IMG/VR virus record: IMGVR_UViG_3300005613_000043
Origin: a virus
Taxonomy: Duplodnaviria; Heunggongvirae; Uroviricota; Caudoviricetes
Length of the DNA stretch: 10,092 nt
Direction: 5' to 3' (one strand)
Shown here: piece by piece, positions 6,105-10,092 of the stretch
How positions within the stretch are numbered: the first letter of the stretch is position 1
Layout: each line of letters opens with the position of its first letter
Position numbers and translations under genes: made by a program
Notes under the pieces: model-generated
Seen by the model: only the letters and a program-made list of their open reading frames with translations
What the model was told of the DNA's origin: nothing
The model's database searches: none

Positions 6105-6110
6105 TATAAA
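6105..6110 (-). promoter_or_regulatory. Archaeal TATA box TTTATA, leaderless
   Basis: 21 nt upstream of ATG 6083; no RBS. Confidence 0.65.
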
Positions 6111-6112
6111 TA

Positions 6113-6364
6113 TTAAACTTCTAAATATTTTCTTATCGCAACTAATCTCATCGCTAAGTTCCAATCTTCAACTGACTTTGCAAACAACTCATCGGGTTGT
6201 TCGTGTGTTCTAACTCTATTCAAGTACATCCTGTACGCAGTATTTCTTATATCAAACCAGTCTTGTTTTGGAATTAACTCACCAGTTGGGAAATATCTCT
6301 CGACTAATTCGTCTACTTTGATTACCTCTCCCGTATCGTAATTAATTAACCCTATTGGCATCAA
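6113..6364 (-). CDS. 83-aa hypothetical protein
   Basis: GAGGT RBS; start TTG 6364 or ATG 6361, overlapping the upstream stop (TGATG). Confidence 0.75.
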   Translation of the reverse strand: MMPIGLINYDTGEVIKVDELVERYFPTGELIPKQDWFDIRNTAYRMYLNRVRTHEQPDELFAKSVEDWNLAMRLVAIRKYLEV

Positions 6365-6540
6365 TGTTTACCTCTCCTAGGTTTTCTTCTCTTCTGCCTT
6401 CTTGCTCTGTCTTGACCGCCTTTGCGTTTAGGTATGGGCTTCTTTCCTTTCTTTTTATCCCCAAATAATCTGTAGGGTTCTTTTATTATGTATGTTTCTA
6501 TTGGAGATATTAAAATTTCAAGTTCATATCTGTCGTCCAT
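6361..6540 (-). CDS. 59-aa protein with a very basic C-terminal tail (MDDRYELEILISPIETYIIKEPYRLFGDKKKGKKPIPKRKGGQDRARRQKRRKPRRGKH)
   Basis: Translated by hand. Starts 4 nt after the HIT stop, and its stop overlaps the next start. Confidence 0.65.
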   Translation of the reverse strand: MDDRYELEILISPIETYIIKEPYRLFGDKKKGKKPIPKRKGGQDRARRQKRRKPRRGKH

Positions 6541-6544
6541 GTTT

Positions 6545-6874
6545 TCATCTCATGTGTATGTGGAAATGGTTTAATACAGCGTGATTCGTAAAATCAACAT
6601 ATCCCCATCCCTTTTCTTTCCATTCTTTTGTTTTTGAAAGATTTATTAAAAGATTGACCATATGGTTGAGTTCAGATTTGTTAGGTTCTCTTTCATGGAA
6701 TCTCGAAACTAACATCGGAACATGTGAACTTTCACATTCAACAATGATGCATAGCCTGTCCTTATGGTAAAGTTTAGTTCTAATCTCTTCAAAATGGTAT
6801 AGCCTGCATAATGGGCAATTTTTATCTATCTTTTTTTCATCTTCTTTTATCTGCTCCTCCACTTCTTTAATCAT
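6545..6874 (-). CDS. HIT (histidine triad) family nucleotide hydrolase/transferase
   Basis: N-terminal CPLC, internal His (RFHE) and C-terminal HFHIH triad. GGGGAG RBS; 8-nt overlap with the upstream gene. Confidence 0.8.
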   Translation of the reverse strand: MIKEVEEQIKEDEKKIDKNCPLCRLYHFEEIRTKLYHKDRLCIIVECESSHVPMLVSRFHEREPNKSELNHMVNLLINLSKTKEWKEKGWGYVDFTNHAVLNHFHIHMR

Positions 6875-7298
6875 ATTCTCCCCTTATTTTTCTTTTCATA
6901 ATGGATGAATGCATGTTTCCATTATTATATTTTCCATTTATCTGTACGAATTTCGCATAGGCTCCATTTTCCTCAAAAAAACTCATGAGTCCATACAGCC
7001 AAGGTATTGCTTGGTCATATCCATATGCGTAAATGTCTGGATTCAAATCTAATATGGGTTCGTAATTATTTCCATCTACATTATATGGAGAAATGGTTTT
7101 ATCGACTGAGGATAACCCCTCAACAAGATAAGCCCTTTCTTCTTGCGTGAAAATCGGGGGGTTTCCCTTATTCTTCTCAATGATTTCGTCTGGAATGACC
7201 ACTACATAAAGCTCATCTCCAAGTTCTTTCATCTTCTCAAGAACGAATCGGTGTCCTGGAGTAAGCAAATCAAAAGACCCGCAAGTTACAACTCTCAT
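6867..7298 (-). CDS. Cytidylyltransferase-like (class I) nucleotidyltransferase, most similar in pattern to archaeal FAD synthase RibL / TagD-type enzymes
   Basis: RVVTCGSFDLLTPGH (HXGH-like), LGDELYVVV, PIFTQEERAYLVEGLSSVD, PDIYAYGYDQ and terminal SS motif. Substrate cannot be determined from sequence. Confidence 0.9.
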   Translation of the reverse strand: MRVVTCGSFDLLTPGHRFVLEKMKELGDELYVVVIPDEIIEKNKGNPPIFTQEERAYLVEGLSSVDKTISPYNVDGNNYEPILDLNPDIYAYGYDQAIPWLYGLMSFFEENGAYAKFVQINGKYNNGNMHSSIMKRKIRGEYD

Positions 7299-8111
7299 TC
7301 AACCGTATCTCATGAATGTTCCTTCTATTTTATCTATTGGATTAGACCCAATATCCGAAAGCTTAACTCTAAGCTTATAACCACCTATTTCACTTCCTGC
7401 TCCCCTTCTGATATTGTACTCGCTTGGATGCTGCCATCCCCCGACTAAGAAACTCTCGTCATCCCCTTCTGCGCTCACGTGTTGGTGTTTATGCAAATGA
7501 CCAAAACCGTAAATATTAGCCCTTTTAGATGGCGGAACATTTCTGATGTATTTCTGGATGGCATAACCTATTGTGTAGGGAACGCCACCGCTTAAGTGTA
7601 TTAGGTCTAATGCTAATTCAGGTTCTTCCGATAAGATTACTCTCGCATAATAAGGTTGCAAGTAGATTAAATCTTCCCTTAGTTTTGAAATCCCCTCTCC
7701 AAAGTCAGCCCCTTCACGCTCCAAGATTCTTGCATCATGGTTTCCGAGTATAAAATAAGTCATCATGTCTTTATATTTTGGATAATGTTCTGCAACGTAT
7801 TGTTTTCCCCTTTCAAATCCCACTGTGTTTACATCATGTATCTGTCCTCTGTAGACTTGTGTATCTCCCACACAACCATCCCATAAATCTCCCGCATGCA
7901 TTATATTGTGAATTCCAGCTCTTTGCATGTCCCGATAGTATGATTTAATCGCTCCTTCATCGCAGAAAAGACTTGTCAAATGCGTGTCCCCGATTAGTCC
8001 GAAAGAAATCCATCCGTTTCGATTTGGTTTTAAGATAACTGGGTATTCCTGTTTTGGTGAGAATCGCCTAAACCACTTAGATTTTTCAATCTGTGTTGAT
8101 TTTTTTGGCAT
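7299..8111 (-). CDS. Calcineurin-like metallophosphoesterase
   Basis: All five motifs present: GDTH, HAGDLWDG, LGNHD, IH and FGHLH. Start moved to ATG 8111 (MPKK) on the basis of the TATA box. Confidence 0.92.
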   Translation of the reverse strand: MPKKSTQIEKSKWFRRFSPKQEYPVILKPNRNGWISFGLIGDTHLTSLFCDEGAIKSYYRDMQRAGIHNIMHAGDLWDGCVGDTQVYRGQIHDVNTVGFERGKQYVAEHYPKYKDMMTYFILGNHDARILEREGADFGEGISKLREDLIYLQPYYARVILSEEPELALDLIHLSGGVPYTIGYAIQKYIRNVPPSKRANIYGFGHLHKHQHVSAEGDDESFLVGGWQHPSEYNIRRGAGSEIGGYKLRVKLSDIGSNPIDKIEGTFMRYG

Positions 8112-8130
8112 AATTATATTATATTTTGAG

Positions 8131-8168
8131 TTAATAAAAGTTTTCATTAAAAAAAGAAATTATTTAAG
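8131..8168. promoter_or_regulatory. Back-to-back divergent archaeal promoters
   Basis: Minus strand: TTTATTAA (8131-8138), 19 nt from ATG 8111, preceded by GAAAAC. Plus strand: AAAGAAA-TTATTTAAG (about 8153-8168). Confidence 0.6.
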
Positions 8169-8176
8169 TTCAACCC

Positions 8177-8293
8177 TTCACAATTTCTATAGGTCAACAG
8201 AATTTATTCTGCGGGTTTGACCAGAGTGCTTATTTTAGCACGTAGGCATGGCAGTTCATAGGTCATGTTGAAATCCCGAACAAAAATTGTGAA
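8177..8293 (+). ncRNA. Candidate structured RNA/5' leader: three hairpins enclosed by a 10-bp terminal stem
   Basis: TTCACAATTT/AAATTGTGAA, GGTCAA/TTGACC plus CAGAA/TTCTG, GTGCT/AGCAC, and GGCATGGC/GTCATGTT (with G-U pairs). No known family recognised. Confidence 0.45.
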
Positions 8294-8298
8294 CAATA

Positions 8299-8577
8299 AT
8301 GGCAGCATTTACCAAACATTTAGTGTTATCTTTAACTACATCTACTGATAATTCTGAAATTTTAACTGATAGGTCAAATTTAAGTCCTATAAAATGGTTC
8401 ACAATTACTGTCGATAAGGATGCTTATGTTGGAATTAATGTAGATGCTGATGCGAATCAATTAAAACTTTTAGCTGGAGAAAGCTACACAACTCCAGAAA
8501 AGGTAAGGGTATTTAAAGTAACTATTTTAAGAGCAACTGATAATAATGTAACAGTGAGGGGTTCGGCATGGTATTAG
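8299..8577 (+). CDS. 92-aa beta-rich putative virion structural protein
   Basis: Alternating beta-strand pattern (WFTITVD, YVGINV, LKLLAGESY, KVTIL); first gene of the plus-strand arm. The structural role is inference. Confidence 0.75.
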   Translation: MAAFTKHLVLSLTTSTDNSEILTDRSNLSPIKWFTITVDKDAYVGINVDADANQLKLLAGESYTTPEKVRVFKVTILRATDNNVTVRGSAWY

Positions 8578-8723
8578 GCACTCCTGGAATTACTCCTGCA
8601 AGGGTTGTCAGGCAGGAGGCGAATAAGTTGGGTATTTATGAAAGCGGGATTAAAGTTGCGGAAATAGATAATAATGGAAATTTAAAGCTCAAGGGGGAAG
8701 TAAATGTCTTGGAAATATTTTAG
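8568..8723 (+). CDS. 51-aa protein (MVLGTPGITPARVVRQEANKLGIYESGIKVAEIDNNGNLKLKGEVNVLEIF), paralogous to the C-terminus of the next gene
   Basis: Translated by hand. GTGAGG RBS; overlaps both neighbours; shares the KVAxxxNxGNLKxxGE motif with 8704..9204. Confidence 0.8.
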   Translation: MVLGTPGITPARVVRQEANKLGIYESGIKVAEIDNNGNLKLKGEVNVLEIF

Positions 8724-9204
8724 GGATAAATCAGGATGGATAATTCTTATATTCCTATTAGGTATTGGATTAGCCTTTTCAGCAAGTTGGTATGGAGACA
8801 TAATGCCTAAAACTAATGCCACTTATGATTTAGGAAATAATACCTTTATGTGGGATAATATTTATGCTGAAAATTATTATGGTGGAACAGGTTCTCTTAC
8901 TATAAACTCATCAGACTATTGGGATAATTTGAATTCCCCTTCTGATATAACAATTTTCATAAAGGAAGATGGAACAACCCCACTTACCGCTAATTGGGAT
9001 GCTGGGGTCTATAACATCACTGCCGATTGGTTTATAGGAAATATTAAAGCTGATAGGATAGGTAACTCAACAGATTATATATCAGTAAACCTAACTAGTA
9101 ATATGATTGAATTTTACATAGGAGGGGATAAAGTCGCTCAGTTGGAAAATGGAGGGAATTTAAAAATAAGGGGGGAATTTTACGAGGGTACGAATTTTGG
9201 GTGA
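8704..9204 (+). CDS. Secreted or membrane-anchored fibre/spike-like protein
   Basis: N-terminal hydrophobic helix (WIILIFLLGIGLAFSA); tail-fibre-like DIMPxxxxTYDLGxxxxxWxxIYA and DGTTPLTANWDAG motifs; six N-x-S/T sequons. Confidence 0.8.
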   Translation: MSWKYFRDKSGWIILIFLLGIGLAFSASWYGDIMPKTNATYDLGNNTFMWDNIYAENYYGGTGSLTINSSDYWDNLNSPSDITIFIKEDGTTPLTANWDAGVYNITADWFIGNIKADRIGNSTDYISVNLTSNMIEFYIGGDKVAQLENGGNLKIRGEFYEGTNFG

Positions 9205-9209
9205 TTAAT

Positions 9210-9848
9210 ATGAGAGGAGGATGGAACAGAGGGATGAAAGGCTATACAAATAAAGGGAGTTTTAGAAAGAGGATGAAAAAACATCCTAAAGCATTCAGAT
9301 TTCCTAAAGGCTATCGATATACAAGTGGAATGTCAGGAAAGCATCATTCTGAAGCAACCAAAAAGAAGATAGGAATTAAGAGTGGAAAAACGAGAAAAGG
9401 TAGATTTTATCCAAATAGTGGTCAATTCAAGAGTGGAATGATACCTTGGAATAAAGGTAAAACACATCCCAAATTAAAAAAATTATGGGAAGATAAGAAT
9501 TATAAAGAAAAAACAGTTAAATCTATACTTAAAGGTTTGATGAATAGACCAACTTCACTTGAAGAGGAATTTATCGAAATTATTAAAAAACACAATCTCC
9601 CTTATAAATATGTGGGGGATGGTTCATTTTTTATTGATTGTAAAAATCCCGATTTTATAAATATAAATGGGAAAAAGATTTGTATTGAAGTCGCTAATAC
9701 TTATCATCATTCAAAAGATTATCCAAAAGAACGAATTAAACATTTTAAGAAATATGGTTGGAAATGTTTTGTTTTTAGGACTAATACATTGGATGAAAGA
9801 GTTGTTTTAAAACAATTGGGGGAATATTATGAAGGTCAAAATATCTGA
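9210..9848 (+). CDS. Free-standing putative homing endonuclease: NUMOD3-type DNA-binding motifs plus a Vsr/DUF559-like PD-(D/E)XK nuclease
   Basis: GMSGKHHSEATKKKIG (NUMOD3), NSGQFKSGMIPWNKGK, then RPTSLE...NPDF...ICIEVANTYHH...GWKCFVF. ATG 9210 has GGGTGA 5 nt upstream. Confidence 0.85.
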   Translation: MRGGWNRGMKGYTNKGSFRKRMKKHPKAFRFPKGYRYTSGMSGKHHSEATKKKIGIKSGKTRKGRFYPNSGQFKSGMIPWNKGKTHPKLKKLWEDKNYKEKTVKSILKGLMNRPTSLEEEFIEIIKKHNLPYKYVGDGSFFIDCKNPDFININGKKICIEVANTYHHSKDYPKERIKHFKKYGWKCFVFRTNTLDERVVLKQLGEYYEGQNI

Positions 9849-10092
9849 AAAATTTAAGGACAAGGAAAGCATCAAGAGTTGGGTTATCATAATTTTAATT
9901 CTTGGCATAATTACCCTATTTGCATACTATTATGGGTATCCGTATGTCTTTAACAAGATATATGAGAAAACAAGGGAAAGGATTATATTTACAATTCTTT
10001 ACCAAATTCAAGAAACTGGAAAAGTAAAGATAGGAATCGGAAGCGAAGTTTTAATTCTAATTCCAGAGGGAAAATGCAATGAAATCAAAGGG
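9829..10092 (+). CDS. Partial membrane protein (MKVKISEKFKDKESIKSWVIIILILGIITLFAYYYGYPYVFNK...), truncated by the window end
   Basis: Translated by hand. GGGGG RBS; open to the window end; one clear TM helix. Confidence 0.75.
   Translation, partial: MKVKISEKFKDKESIKSWVIIILILGIITLFAYYYGYPYVFNKIYEKTRERIIFTILYQIQETGKVKIGIGSEVLILIPEGKCNEIKG

Noticed and set aside
6084-6164. N-terminal extension of the protease from TTG 6164
   Set aside because: Overlaps the upstream gene and spans a well-placed TATA box; ATG 6083 fits better.
6867-7298. Assigning gene symbol ribL
   Set aside because: The overall pattern fits, but the TPGH variant and the context leave the substrate open.
1998-7753. Plus-strand ORFs 1998..2336, 2414..2776, 5402..5620, 5953..6213, 7143..7448 and 7571..7753
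   Set aside because: Antisense to genes with recognisable domains; no independent support.
8112-8147. N-terminal extension of the phosphoesterase from ATG 8147
   Set aside because: The extension covers the TATA box; ATG 8111 fits the leaderless spacing.
7984-8220. Plus-strand ORF 7984..8220
   Set aside because: Antisense to the phosphoesterase 5' end and runs through the promoter region; no RBS or motif.
8242-8280. tRNA or known ribozyme (GTTGAAATCC resembles a T-loop)
   Set aside because: The T-stem does not pair, there is no acceptor stem or CCA, and hammerhead, twister, pistol or HDV core motifs were not found.
35-8285. CCGAACAAAA shared at 35-44 and 8276-8285
   Set aside because: A single 10-mer match is expected by chance in 10 kb of AT-rich DNA.
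9210-9848. Intron or intein encoding the endonuclease
   Set aside because: The ORF has its own RBS and stop, there are no intein splice motifs, and no intron core structure is evident in the very short flanks.

Overview
AT-rich, gene-dense segment that most likely comes from an archaeal virus or a virus-like integrated element. No capsid, terminase or integrase gene lies in the window, so this is inferred from four things: GGAGGTG/GGTGA ribosome-binding sites, TATA boxes 19-22 nt upstream of leaderless ATGs, many tiny ORFs, and an N-glycosylation-rich secreted protein. Genes from 72 to 8111 are on the minus strand. The left part holds small early/accessory genes and small regulators (two AbrB/MazE-type, one tandem HTH, one possible RHH), several with their own local repeats. 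An approximately 340-bp non-coding repeat region lies at 4200-4540. Further right are a transglutaminase-like Cys protease and a coupled metallophosphoesterase - nucleotidyltransferase - HIT operon. At 8112-8298 the strand switches across a compact multi-hairpin element. The plus-strand arm encodes putative structural/membrane proteins and a free-standing NUMOD3 + Vsr/DUF559-like endonuclease, whose 3' end duplicates the 3' end of the upstream gene. All family assignments come from motifs recognised by eye; no searches were run.
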